A stretch of DNA of 64,000 nucleotides from Auanema rhodensis (taxonomy: Eukaryota; Animalia; Nematoda): the NCBI GenBank assembly GCA_964057225.1, contig OZ059895.1, positions 2,728,001-2,792,000 of the forward strand, given 5' to 3'. This document shows positions 12,301-27,300 of this stretch, in pieces. The notes under the pieces were generated by a model. That model made no database searches. It was given only the letters and a program-made list of their open reading frames with translations, and was not told where the DNA came from. The stretch's first letter is position 1; each line of letters starts with the position of its first letter. Made by a program: the position numbers and the translations under genes.

Positions 12301-15300
12301 TTTTGTATTAAGCGTTTCTCAATGTAGTATAGTGCATTCGATGCGGATTTTTAAGCTGCGTCGATCTGTGTTATCTGATTTGCGCTAGCTTAAAAATGCA
12401 CCGAGATATCAACTGATATAAGTTCACACTTATATCCTCGATTTTGACCCTGAAGAATTAATTTTTTCGTTGAATAACATTGTCCATCGTCTTTGCCTTG
12501 AAAAAAGGAATCTAAAAACATCTACTTTTTGCTAAATTATCTTGAAATTGTTCGAAAAAATTTTTGTCAAAATGTTTTTGGAAGCAATGTTGAGTGTACA
12601 TGGAAACTCAACATACACTAATGCATCATTTTTCAAACGATCATAACTAATTTTTGTATTAAGCGTTTCTCAATGTAGTATAGTGCATTCGATGCGGATT
12701 GTTAAGCTGCGTCGATCTGTGTTATCAGATTTGCGCTAGCTTAAAAATGCACCGAGATATCAACTGATATAAGTTCACACTTATATCCTCGATTTTCACC
12801 CTGAAGAATTAATTTTTTCGTTGAATAACATTGTCCATCGTCTTTGCCTTGGAAAAAGGAATCTAAAAACATCTACTTTTCGCTAATTTATTTTGAAATT
12901 TTTCGAGAAAATTTTTGTCAAAATGTTTTTGGAAGCAATGTTGAGTGTACATGGAAACTCAACATACACTAATGCATCATTTTTCAAACAATCATAACTA
13001 ATTTTTGTATTAAGCGTTTCTCAATGTAGTATAGTGCATTCGATGCGGATTGTTAAGCTGCGTCGATATGTGTTATCAGATTTGCGCTAGCTTAAAAATG
13101 CACCGAGATATCAACTGATATAAGTTCACACTTATATCCTCGATTTTCACCCTGAAGAATTAATTTTTTCGTTGAATAACATTGTCCATCGTCTTTGCCT
13201 TGAAAAATGGAATCTAAAAACATCTACTTTTTGCTAAATTATTTAGAAATTTTTCGAAAAAATTTTTGTCAAAATGTTTTTGGAAGCAATGTTGAGTGTA
13301 CATGGAAACTCAACATACACTAATGCATCATTTTTCAAACGATCATAACTAATTTTTGTATTAAGCGTTTCTCAATGTAGTAAAGTGCATTCGATGCGGA
13401 TTTTTAAGCTGCGTCGATCTGTGTTATCAGATTTGCGCTAGCTTAAAAATGCACCGAGATATCAACTGATATAAGTTCACACTTATATCCTCGATTTTCA
13501 CCCTGAAGAATTAATTTTTTCGTTGAATAACATTGTCCATCGTCTTTGCCTTGGAAAAAGGAATCTAAAAACATCTACTTTTCGCTAATTTATTTTGAAA
13601 TTTTTCGAGAAAATTTTTGTCAAAATGTTTTTGGAAGCAATGTTGAGTGTACATGGAAACTCAACATACACTAATGCATCATTTTTCAAACAATCATAAC
13701 TAATTTTTGTATTAAGCGTTTCTCAATGTAGTATAGTGCATTCGATGCGGATTTTTAAGCTGCGTCGATCTGTGTTATCAGATTTGCGCTAGCTTGAAAA
13801 TGCACCGAGATATCAACTGATATAAGTTCACACTTATATCCTCGATTTTCACCCTGAAGAATTAATTTTTTCGTTGAATAACATTGTCCATCGTCTTTGC
13901 CTTGAAAAAAGGAATCTAAAAACATCTACTTTTTGCTAAATTATCTTGAAAATTTTCGAAAAAATTTTTGTCAAAATGTTTTTGGAAGCAATGTTGAGTG
14001 TACATGGAAACTCAACATACACTAATGCATCATTTTTCAAACGATCATAACTAATTTTTGTATTAAGCGTTTCTCAATGTAGTAAAGTGCATTCGATGCG
14101 GATTTTTAAGCTGCGTCGATCTGTGTTATCAGATTTGCGCTAGCTTAAAAATGCACCGAGATATCAACTGATATAAGTTCACACTTATATCCTCGATTTT
14201 CACCCTGAAGAATTAATTTTTTCGTTGAATAACATTGTCCATCGTCTTTGCCTTAAAAAAAGGAATCTAAAAACATCTACTTTTTGCTAATTTATTTTGA
14301 AATTTTTCGAGAAAAGTTTTGTCAAAATGTTTTTGGAAGCAATGTTGAGTGTACATGGAAACTCAACATACACTAATGCATCATTTTTCAAACGATCATA
14401 ACTAATTTTTGTATTAAGCGTTTCTCAATGTAGTATAGTGCATTCGATGCGGATTTTTAAGCTGCGTCGATCTGTGTTATCAGATTTGCGCTAGCTTAAA
14501 AATGCACCGAGATATCAACTGATATAAGTTCACACTTATATCCTCGATTTTGACCCTGAAGAATTAATTTTTTCGTTGAATAACATTGTCCATCGTCTTT
14601 GCCTTGAAAAAAGGAATCTAAAAACATCTACTTTTTGCTAAATTATCTTGAAATTGTTCGAAAAAATTTTTGTCAAAATGTTTTTGGAAGCAATGTTGAG
14701 TGTACATGGAAACTCAACATACACTAATGCATCATTTTTCAAACGATCATAACTAATTTTTGTATTAAGCGTTTCTCAATGTAGTATAGTGCATTCGATG
14801 CGGATTGTTAAGCTGCGTCGATCTGTGTTATCAGATTTGCGCTAGCTTAAAAATGCACCGAGATATCAACTGATATAAGTTCACACTTATATCCTCGATT
14901 TTCACCCTGAAGAATTAATTTTTTCGTTGAATAACATTGTCCATCGTCTTTGCCTTGGAAAAAGGAATCTAAAAACATCTACTTTTCGCTAATTTATTTT
15001 GAAATTTTTCGAGAAAATTTTTGTCAAAATGTTTTTGGAAGCAATGTTGAGTGTACATGGAAACTCAACATACACTAATGCATCATTTTTCAAACAATCA
15101 TAACTAATTTTTGTATTAAGCGTTTCTCAATGTAGTATAGTGCATTCGATGCGGATTGTTAAGCTGCGTCGATATGTGTTATCAGATTTGCGCTAGCTTA
15201 AAAATGCACCGAGATATCAACTGATATAAGTTCACACTTATATCCTCGATTTTCACCCTGAAGAATTAATTTTTTCGTTGAATAACATTGTCCATCGTCT

Positions 15301-18300
15301 TTGCCTTGAAAAATGGAATCTAAAAACATCTACTTTTTGCTAAATTATTTAGAAATTTTTCGAAAAAATTTTTGTCAAAATGTTTTTGGAAGCAATGTTG
15401 AGTGTACATGGAAACTCAACATACACTAATGCATCATTTTTCAAACGATCATAACTAATTTTTGTATTAAGCGTTTCTCAATGTAGTAAAGTGCATTCGA
15501 TGCGGATTTTTAAGCTGCGTCGATCTGTGTTATCAGATTTGCGCTAGCTTAAAAATGCACCGAGATATCAACTGATATAAGTTCACACTTATATCCTCGA
15601 TTTTCACCCTGAAGAATTAATTTTTTCGTTGAATAACATTGTCCATCGTCTTTGCCTTAAAAAAAGGAATCTAAAAACATCTACTTTTTGCTAATTTATT
15701 TTGAAATTTTTCGAGAAAAGTTTTGTCAAAATGTTTTTGGAAGCAATGTTGAGTGTACATGGAAACTCAACATACACTAATGCATCATTTTTCAAACGAT
15801 CATAACTAATTTTTGTATTAAGCGTTTCTCAATGTAGTATAGTGCATTCGATGCGGATTTTTAAGCTGCGTCGATCTGTGTTATCAGATTTGCGCTAGCT
15901 TAAAAATGCACCGAGATATCAACTGATATAAGTTCACACTTATATCCTCGATTTTGACCCTGAAGAATTAATTTTTTCGTTGAATAACATTGTCCATCGT
16001 CTTTGCCTTGAAAAAAGGAATCTAAAAACATCTACTTTTTGCTAAATTATCTTGAAATTGTTCGAAAAAATTTTTGTCAAAATGTTTTTGGAAGCAATGT
16101 TGAGTGTACATGGAAACTCAACATACACTAATGCATCATTTTTCAAACGATCATAACTAATTTTTGTATTAAGCGTTTCTCAATGTAGTATAGTGCATTC
16201 GATGCGGATTGTTAAGCTGCGTCGATCTGTGTTATCAGATTTGCGCTAGCTTAAAAATGCACCGAGATATCAACTGATATAAGTTCACACTTATATCCTC
16301 GATTTTGACCCTGAAGAATTAATTTTTTCGTTGAATAACATTGTCCATCGTCTTTGCCTTGAAAAAAGGAATCTAAAAACATCTACTTTTTGCTAAATTA
16401 TCTTGAAATTGTTCGAAAAAATTTTTGTCAAAATGTTTTTGGAAGCAATGTTGAGTGTACATGGAAACTCAACATACACTAATGCATCATTTTTCAAACG
16501 ATCATAACTAATTTTTGTATTAAGCGTTTCTCAATGTAGTATAGTGCATTCGATGCGGATTGTTAAGCTGCGTCGATCTGTGTTATCAGATTTGCGCTAG
16601 CTTAAAAATGCACCGAGATATCAACTGATATAAGTTCACACTTATATCCTCGATTTTCACCCTGAAGAATTAATTTTTTCGTTGAATAACATTGTCCATC
16701 GTCTTTGCCTTGGAAAAAGGAATCTAAAAACATCTACTTTTCGCTAATTTATTTTGAAATTTTTCGAGAAAATTTTTGTCAAAATGTTTTTGGAAGCAAT
16801 GTTGAGTGTACATGGAAACTCAACATACACTAATGCATCATTTTTCAAACAATCATAACTAATTTTTGTATTAAGCGTTTCTCAATGTAGTATAGTGCAT
16901 TCGATGCGGATTGTTAAGCTGCGTCGATATGTGTTATCAGATTTGCGCTAGCTTAAAAATGCACCGAGATATCAACTGATATAAGTTCACACTTATATCC
17001 TCGATTTTCACCCTGAAGAATTAATTTTTTCGTTGAATAACATTGTCCATCGTCTTTGCCTTGAAAAATGGAATCTAAAAACATCTACTTTTTGCTAAAT
17101 TATTTAGAAATTTTTCGAAAAAATTTTTGTCAAAATGTTTTTGGAAGCAATGTTGAGTGTACATGGAAACTCAACATACACTAATGCATCATTTTTCAAA
17201 CGATCATAACTAATTTTTGTATTAAGCGTTTCTCAATGTAGTAAAGTGCATTCGATGCGGATTTTTAAGCTGCGTCGATCTGTGTTATCAGATTTGCGCT
17301 AGCTTAAAAATGCACCGAGATATCAACTGATATAAGTTCACACTTATATCCTCGATTTTCACCCTGAAGAATTAATTTTTTCGTTGAATAACATTGTCCA
17401 TCGTCTTTGCCTTGGAAAAAGGAATCTAAAAACATCTACTTTTCGCTAATTTATTTTGAAATTTTTCGAGAAAATTTTTGTCAAAATGTTTTTGGAAGCA
17501 ATGTTGAGTGTACATGGAAACTCAACATACACTAATGCATCATTTTTCAAACGATCATAACTAATTTTTGTATTAAGCGTTTCTCAATGTAGTATAGTGC
17601 ATTCGATGCGGATTTTTAAGCTGCGTCGATCTGTGTTATCAGATTTGCGCTAGCTTGAAAATGCACCGAGATATCAACTGATATAAGTTCACACTTATAT
17701 CCTCGATTTTCACCCTGAAGAATTAATTTTTTCGTTGAATAACATTGTCCATCGTCTTTGCCTTGAAAAAAGGAATCTAAAAACATCTACTTTTTGCTAA
17801 ATTATCTTGAAAATTTTCGAAAAAATTTTTGTCAAAATGTTTTTGGAAGCAATGTTGAGTGTACATGGAAACTCAACATACACTAATGCATCATTTTTCA
17901 AACGATCATAACTAATTTTTGTATTAAGCGTTTCTCAATGTAGTAAAGTGCATTCGATGCGGATTTTTAAGCTGCGTCGATCTGTGTTATCAGATTTGCG
18001 CTAGCTTAAAAATGCACCGAGATATCAACTGATATAAGTTCACACTTATATCCTCGATTTTCAACCTGAAGAATTAATTTTTTCGTTGAATAACATTGTC
18101 CATCGTCTTTGCCTTAAAAAAAGGAATCTAAAAACATCTACTTTTTGCTAATTTATTTTGAAATTTTTCGAGAAAAGTTTTGTCAAAATGTTTTTGGAAG
18201 CAATGTTGAGTGTACATGGAAACTCAACATACACTAATGCATCATTTTTCAAACGATCATAACTAATTTTTGTATTAAGCGTTTCTCAATGTAGTATAGT

Positions 18301-21300
18301 GCATTCGATGCGGATTTTTAAGCTGCGTCGATCTGTGTTATCAGATTTGCGCTAGCTTAAAAATGCACCGAGATATCAACTGATATAAGTTCACACTTAT
18401 ATCCTCGATTTTGACCCTGAAGAATTAATTTTTTCGTTGAATAACATTGTCCATCGTCTTTGCCTTGAAAAAAGGAATCTAAAAACATCTACTTTTTGCT
18501 AAATTATCTTGAAATTGTTCGAAAAAATTTTTGTCAAAATGTTTTTGGAAGCAATGTTGAGTGTACATGGAAACTCAACATACACTAATGCATCATTTTT
18601 CAAACGATCATAACTAATTTTTGTATCAAACGTTTCTCAATGTAGTATAGTGCATTCGATGCGGATTGTTAAGCTGCGTCGATCTGTGTTATCAGATTTG
18701 CGCTAGCTTAAAAATGCACCGAGATATCAACTGATATAAGTTCACACTTATATCCTCGATTTTCACCCTGAAGAATTAATTTTTTCGTTGAATAACATTG
18801 TCCATCGTCTTTGCCTTAAAAAAAGGAATCTAAAAACATCTACTTTTTGCTAATTTATTTTGAAATTTTTCGAGAAAAGTTTTGTCAAAATGTTTTTGGA
18901 AGCAATGTTGAGTGTACATGGAAACTCAACATACACTAATGCATCATTTTTCAAACGATCATAACTAATTTTTGTATTAAGCGTTTCTCAATGTAGTAAA
19001 GTGCATTCGATGCGGATTTTTAAGCTGCGTCGATCTGTGTTATCAGATTTGCGCTAGCTTAAAAATGCACCGAGATATCAACTGATATAAGTTCACACTT
19101 ATATCCTCGATTTTCACCCTGAAGAATTAATTTTTTCGTTGAATAACATTGTCCATCGTCTTTGCCTTAAAAAAAGGAATCTAAAAACATCTACTTTTTG
19201 CTAATTTATTTTGAAATTTTTCGAGAAAAGTTTTGTCAAAATGTTTTTGGAAGCAATGTTGAGTGTACATGGAAACTCAACATACACTAATGCATCATTT
19301 TTCAAACGATCATAACTAATTTTTGTATTAAGCGTTTCTCAATGTAGTATAGTGCATTCGATGCGGATTTTTAAGCTGCGTCGATCTGTGTTATCAGATT
19401 TGCGCTAGCTTAAAAATGCACCGAGATATCAACTGATATAAGTTCACACTTATATCCTCGATTTTGACCCTGAAGAATTAATTTTTTCGTTGAATAACAT
19501 TGTCCATCGTCTTTGCCTTGAAAAAAGGAATCTAAAAACATCTACTTTTTGCTAAATTATCTTGAAATTGTTCGAAAAAATTTTTGTCAAAATGTTTTTG
19601 GAAGCAATGTTGAGTGTACATGGAAACTCAACATACACTAATGCATCATTTTTCAAACGATCATAACTAATTTTTGTATTAAGCGTTTCTCAATGTAGTA
19701 TAGTGCATTCGATGCGGATTGTTAAGCTGCGTCGATCTGTGTTATCAGATTTGCGCTAGCTTAAAAATGCACCGAGATATCAACTGATATAAGTTCACAC
19801 TTATATCCTCGATTTTCACCCTGAAGAATTAATTTTTTCGTTGAATAACATTGTCCATCGTCTTTGCCTTAAAAAAAGGAATCTAAAAACATCTACTTTT
19901 TGCTAATTTATTTTGAAATTTTTCGAGAAAAGTTTTGTCAAAATGTTTTTGGAAGCAATGTTGAGTGTACATGGAAACTCAACATACACTAATGCATCAT
20001 TTTTCAAACGATCATAACTAATTTTTGTATTAAGGGTTTCTCAATGTAGTATAGTGCATTCGATGCGGATTTTTAAGCTGCGTCGATCTGTGTTATCAGA
20101 TTTGCGCTAGCTTAAAAATGCACCGAGATATCAACTGATATAAGTTCACACTTATATCCTCGATTTTGACCCTGAAGAATTAATTTTTTCGTTGAATAAC
20201 ATTGTCCATCGTCTTTGCCTTGAAAAAAGGAATCTAAAAACATCTACTTTTTGCTAAATTATCTTGAAATTGTTCGAAAAAATTTTTGTCAAAATGTTTT
20301 TGGAAGCAATGTTGAGTGTACATGGAAACTCAACATACACTAATGCATCATTTTTCAAACGATCATAACTAATTTTTGTATCAAACGTTTCTCAATGTAG
20401 TATAGTGCATTCGATGCGGATTGTTAAGCTGCGTCGATCTGTGTTATCAGATTTGCGCTAGCTTAAAAATGCACCGAGATATCAACTGATATAAGTTCAC
20501 ACTTATATCCTCGATTTTCACCCTGAAGAATTAATTTTTTCGTTGAATAACATTGTCCATCGTCTTTGCCTTAAAAAAAGGAATCTAAAAACATCTACTT
20601 TTTGCTAATTTATTTTGAAATTTTTCGAGAAAAGTTTTGTCAAAATGTTTTTGGAAGCAATGTTGAGTGTACATGGAAACTCAACATACACTAATGCATC
20701 ATTTTTCAAACGATCATAACTAATTTTTGTATTAAGCGTTTCTCAATGTAGTAAAGTGCATTCGATGCGGATTTTTAAGCTGCGTCGATCTGTGTTATCA
20801 GATTTGCGCTAGCTTAAAAATGCACCGAGATATCAACTGATATAAGTTCACACTTATATCCTCGATTTTCACCCTGAAGAATTAATTTTTTCGTTGAATA
20901 ACATTGTCCATCGTCTTTGCCTTAAAAAAAGGAATCTAAAAACATCTACTTTTTGCTAATTTATTTTGAAATTTTTCGAGAAAAGTTTTGTCAAAATGTT
21001 TTTGGAAGCAATGTTGAGTGTACATGGAAACTCAACATACACTAATGCATCATTTTTCAAACGATCATAACTAATTTTTGTATTAAGCGTTTCTCAATGT
21101 AGTATAGTGCATTCGATGCGGATTTTTAAGCTGCGTCGATCTGTGTTATCAGATTTGCGCTAGCTTAAAAATGCACCGAGATATCAACTGATATAAGTTC
21201 ACACTTATATCCTCGATTTTGACCCTGAAGAATTAATTTTTTCGTTGAATAACATTGTCCATCGTCTTTGCCTTGAAAAAAGGAATCTAAAAACATCTAC

Positions 21301-24300
21301 TTTTTGCTAAATTATCTTGAAATTGTTCGAAAAAATTTTTGTCAAAATGTTTTTGGAAGCAATGTTGAGTGTACATGGAAACTCAACATACACTAATGCA
21401 TCATTTTTCAAACGATCATAACTAATTTTTGTATTAAGCGTTTCTCAATGTAGTATAGTGCATTCGATGCGGATTGTTAAGCTGCGTCGATCTGTGTTAT
21501 CAGATTTGCGCTAGCTTAAAAATGCACCGAGATATCAACTGATATAAGTTCACACTTATATCCTCGATTTTCACCCTGAAGAATTAATTTTTTCGTTGAA
21601 TAACATTGTCCATCGTCTTTGCCTTAAAAAAAGGAATCTAAAAACATCTACTTTTTGCTAATTTATTTTGAAATTTTTCGAGAAAAGTTTTGTCAAAATG
21701 TTTTTGGAAGCAATGTTGAGTGTACATGGAAACTCAACATACACTAATGCATCATTTTTCAAACGATCATAACTAATTTTTGTATTAAGGGTTTCTCAAT
21801 GTAGTATAGTGCATTCGATGCGGATTTTTAAGCTGCGTCGATCTGTGTTATCAGATTTGCGCTAGCTTAAAAATGCACCGAGATATCAACTGATATAAGT
21901 TCACACTTATATCCTCGATTTTGACCCTGAAGAATTAATTTTTTCGTTGAATAACATTGTCCATCGTCTTTGCCTTGAAAAAAGGAATCTAAAAACATCT
22001 ACTTTTTGCTAAATTATCTTGAAATTGTTCGAAAAAATTTTTGTCAAAATGTTTTTGGAAGCAATGTTGAGTGTACATGGAAACTCAACATACACTAATG
22101 CATCATTTTTCAAACGATCATAACTAATTTTTGTATTAAGCGTTTCTCAATGTAGTAAAGTGCATTCGATGCGGATTTTTAAGCTGCGTCGATCTGTGTT
22201 ATCAGATTTGCGCTAGCTTAAAAATGCACCGAGATATCAACTGATATAAGTTCACACTTATATCCTCGATTTTCACCCTGAAGAATTAATTTTTTCGTTG
22301 AATAACATTGTCCATCGTCTTTGCCTTGGAAAAAGGAATCTAAAAACATCTACTTTTCGCTAATTTATTTTGAAATTTTTCGAGAAAAGTTTTGTCAAAA
22401 TGTTTTTGGAAGCAATGTTGAGTGTACATGGAAACTCAACATACACTAATGCATCATTTTTCAAACAATCATAACTAATTTTTGTATCGAGCGTTTTTCA
22501 ATGTAGTATAGTGCATTCGATGCGGATTTTTAAGCTGCGTCGATCTGTGTTATCAGATTTGCGCTAGCTTAAAAATGCACCGAGATATCAACTGATATAA
22601 GTTCACACTTATATCCTCGATTTTGACCCTGAAGAATTAATTTTTTCGTTGAATAACATTGTCCATCGTCTTTGCCTTGAAAAAAGGAATCTAAAAACAT
22701 CTACTTTTTGCTAAATTATCTTGAAATTGTTCGAAAAAATTTTTGTCAAAATGTTTTTGGAAGCAATGTTGAGTGTACATGGAAACTCAACATACACTAA
22801 TGCATCATTTTTCAAACGATCATAACTAATTTTTGTATTAAGCGTTTCTCAATGTAGTATAGTGCATTCGATGCGGATTGTTAAGCTGCGTCGATCTGTG
22901 TTATCAGATTTGCGCTAGCTTAAAAATGCACCGAGATATCAACTGATATAAGTTCACACTTATATCCTCGATTTTCACCCTGAAGAATTAATTTTTTCGT
23001 TGAATAACATTGTCCATCGTCTTTGCCTTAAAAAAAGGAATCTAAAAACATCTACTTTTTGCTAATTTATTTTGAAATTTTTCGAGAAAAGTTTTGTCAA
23101 AATGTTTTTGGAAGCAATGTTGAGTGTACATGGAAACTCAACATACACTAATGCATCATTTTTCAAACGATCATAACTAATTTTTGTATTAAGCGTTTTT
23201 CAATGAAGTATAGTGCATTCGATGCGGATTTTTAAGCTGCGTCGATCTGTGTTATCAGATTTGCGCTAGCTTAAAAATGCACCGAGATATCAACTGATAT
23301 AAGTTCACACTTATATCCTCGATTTTGACCCTGAAGAATTAATTTTTTCGTTGAATAACATTGTCCATCGTCTTTGCCTTGAAAAAAGGAATCTAAAAAC
23401 ATCTACTTTTTGCTAAATTATCTTGAAATTGTTCGAAAAAATTTTTGTCAAAATGTTTTTGGAAGCAATGTTGAGTGTACATGGAAACTCAACATACACT
23501 AATGCATCATTTTTCAAACGATCATAACTAATTTTTGTATCAAACGTTTCTCAATGTAGTATAGTGCATTCGATGCGGATTGTTAAGCTGCGTCGATCTG
23601 TGTTATCAGATTTGCGCTAGCTTAAAAATGCACCGAGATATCAACTGATATAAGTTCACACTTATATCCTCGATTTTCACCCTGAAGAATTAATTTTTTC
23701 GTTGAATAACATTGTCCATCGTCTTTGCCTTAAAAAAAGGAATCTAAAAACATCTACTTTTTGCTAATTTATTTTGAAATTTTTCGAGAAAAGTTTTGTC
23801 AAAATGTTTTTGGAAGCAATGTTGAGTGTACATGGAAACTCAACATACACTAATGCATCATTTTTCAAACGATCATAACTAATTTTTGTATTAAGCGTTT
23901 CTCAATGTAGTAAAGTGCATTCGATGCGGATTTTTAAGCTGCGTCGATCTGTGTTATCAGATTTGCGCTAGCTTAAAAATGCACCGAGATATCAACTGAT
24001 ATAAGTTCACACTTATATCCTCGATTTTCACCCTGAAGAATTAATTTTTTCGTTGAATAACATTGTCCATCGTCTTTGCCTTAAAAAAAGGAATCTAAAA
24101 ACATCTACTTTTTGCTAATTTATTTTGAAATTTTTCGAGAAAAGTTTTGTCAAAATGTTTTTGGAAGCAATGTTGAGTGTACATGGAAACTCAACATACA
24201 CTAATGCATCATTTTTCAAACGATCATAACTAATTTTTGTATTAAGCGTTTCTCAATGTAGTATAGTGCATTCGATGCGGATTTTTAAGCTGCGTCGATC

Positions 24301-27300
24301 TGTGTTATCAGATTTGCGCTAGCTTAAAAATGCACCGAGATATCAACTGATATAAGTTCACACTTATATCCTCGATTTTGACCCTGAAGAATTAATTTTT
24401 TCGTTGAATAACATTGTCCATCGTCTTTGCCTTGAAAAAAGGAATCTAAAAACATCTACTTTTTGCTAAATTATCTTGAAATTGTTCGAAAAAATTTTTG
24501 TCAAAATGTTTTTGGAAGCAATGTTGAGTGTACATGGAAACTCAACATACACTAATGCATCATTTTTCAAACGATCATAACTAATTTTTGTATTAAGCGT
24601 TTCTCAATGTAGTATAGTGCATTCGATGCGGATTGTTAAGCTGCGTCGATCTGTGTTATCAGATTTGCGCTAGCTTAAAAATGCACCGAGATATCAACTG
24701 ATATAAGTTCACACTTATATCCTCGATTTTCACCCTGAAGAATTAATTTTTTCGTTGAATAACATTGTCCATCGTCTTTGCCTTAAAAAAAGGAATCTAA
24801 AAACATCTACTTTTTGCTAATTTATTTTGAAATTTTTCGAGAAAAGTTTTGTCAAAATGTTTTTGGAAGCAATGTTGAGTGTACATGGAAACTCAACATA
24901 CACTAATGCATCATTTTTCAAACGATCATAACTAATTTTTGTATTAAGGGTTTCTCAATGTAGTATAGTGCATTCGATGCGGATTTTTAAGCTGCGTCGA
25001 TCTGTGTTATCAGATTTGCGCTAGCTTAAAAATGCACCGAGATATCAACTGATATAAGTTCACACTTATATCCTCGATTTTGACCCTGAAGAATTAATTT
25101 TTTCGTTGAATAACATTGTCCATCGTCTTTGCCTTGAAAAAAGGAATCTAAAAACATCTACTTTTTGCTAAATTATCTTGAAATTGTTCGAAAAAATTTT
25201 TGTCAAAATGTTTTTGGAAGCAATGTTGAGTGTACATGGAAACTCAACATACACTAATGCATCATTTTTCAAACGATCATAACTAATTTTTGTATTAAGC
25301 GTTTCTCAATGTAGTATAGTGCATTCGATGCGGATTGTTAAGCTGCGTCGATCTGTGTTATCAGATTTGCGCTAGCTTAAAAATGCACCGAGATATCAAC
25401 TGATATAAGTTCACACTTATATCCTCGATTTTCACCCTGAAGAATTAATTTTTTCGTTGAATAACATTGTCCATCGTCTTTGCCTTAAAAAAAGGAATCT
25501 AAAAACATCTACTTTTTGCTAATTTATTTTGAAATTTTTCGAGAAAAGTTTTGTCAAAATGTTTTTGGAAGCAATGTTGAGTGTACATGGAAACTCAACA
25601 TACACTAATGCATCATTTTTCAAACGATCATAACTAATTTTTGTATTAAGGGTTTCTCAATGTAGTATAGTGCATTCGATGCGGATTTTTAAGCTGCGTC
25701 GATCTGTGTTATCAGATTTGCGCTAGCTTAAAAATGCACCGAGATATCAACTGATATAAGTTCACACTTATATCCTCGATTTTGACCCTGAAGAATTAAT
25801 TTTTTCGTTGAATAACATTGTCCATCGTCTTTGCCTTGAAAAAAGGAATCTAAAAACATCTACTTTTTGCTAAATTATCTTGAAATTGTTCGAAAAAATT
25901 TTTGTCAAAATGTTTTTGGAAGCAATGTTGAGTGTACATGGAAACTCAACATACACTAATGCATCATTTTTCAAACGATCATAACTAATTTTTGTATTAA
26001 GCGTTTCTCAATGTAGTAAAGTGCATTCGATGCGGATTTTTAAGCTGCGTCGATCTGTGTTATCAGATTTGCGCTAGCTTAAAAATGCACCGAGATATCA
26101 ACTGATATAAGTTCACACTTATATCCTCGATTTTCACCCTGAAGAATTAATTTTTTCGTTGAATAACATTGTCCATCGTCTTTGCCTTGGAAAAAGGAAT
26201 CTAAAAACATCTACTTTTCGCTAATTTATTTTGAAATTTTTCGAGAAAAGTTTTGTCAAAATGTTTTTGGAAGCAATGTTGAGTGTACATGGAAACTCAA
26301 CATACACTAATGCATCATTTTTCAAACAATCATAACTAATTTTTGTATCGAGCGTTTTTCAATGTAGTATAGTGCATTCGATGCGGATTTTTAAGCTGCG
26401 TCGATCTGTGTTATCAGATTTGCGCTAGCTTAAAAATGCACCGAGATATCAACTGATATAAGTTCACACTTATATCCTCGATTTTCACCCTGAAGAATTA
26501 ATTTTTTCGTTGAATAACATTGTCCATCGTCTTTGCCTTGAAAAATGGAATCTAAAAACATCTACTTTTTGCTAAATTATTTTGAAATTTTTCGAAAAAA
26601 TTTTTGTCAAAATGTTTTTGGAAGCAATGTTGAGTGTACATGGAAACTCAACATACACTAATGCATCATTTTTCGAACGATCATAACTAATTTTTGTATT
26701 AAGCGTTTCTCAATGTAGTAAAGTGCATTCGATGCGGATTTTCAAGCTGCGTCGATCTGTGTTATCAGATTTGCGCTAGCTTAAAAATACACCGAGATAT
26801 CAACTGATATAAGTTCACACTTATATCCTCGATTTTCACCCTGAAGAATTAATTTTTTCGTTGAATAACATTGTCCATCGTCTTTGCCTTGAAAAAAGGA
26901 ATCTGAAAACATCTACTTTTTGCTAAATTATCTTGAAATTTTTCAAAAAAAGTTTTGTCAAAATGTTTTTGGAAGCAATGTTGAGTGTACATGGAAACTC
27001 AACATACACTAATGCATCATTTTTCAAACGATCATAACTAATTTTTGTATTAAGCGTTTCTCAATGTAGTAAAGTGCATTCGATGCGGATTTTAAGCTGC
27101 GTCGATCTGTGTTATCAGATTTGCGCTAGCTTAAAAATGCACCGAGATATCAACTGATATAAGTTCACACTTATATTCTCGATTTTCACCCTGAAGAATT
27201 AATTTTTTCGTTGAATAACATTGTCCATCGTCTTTGCCTTGGAAAAAGGAATCTAAAAACATCTACTTTTCGCTAATTTATTTTGAAATTTTTCGAGAAA

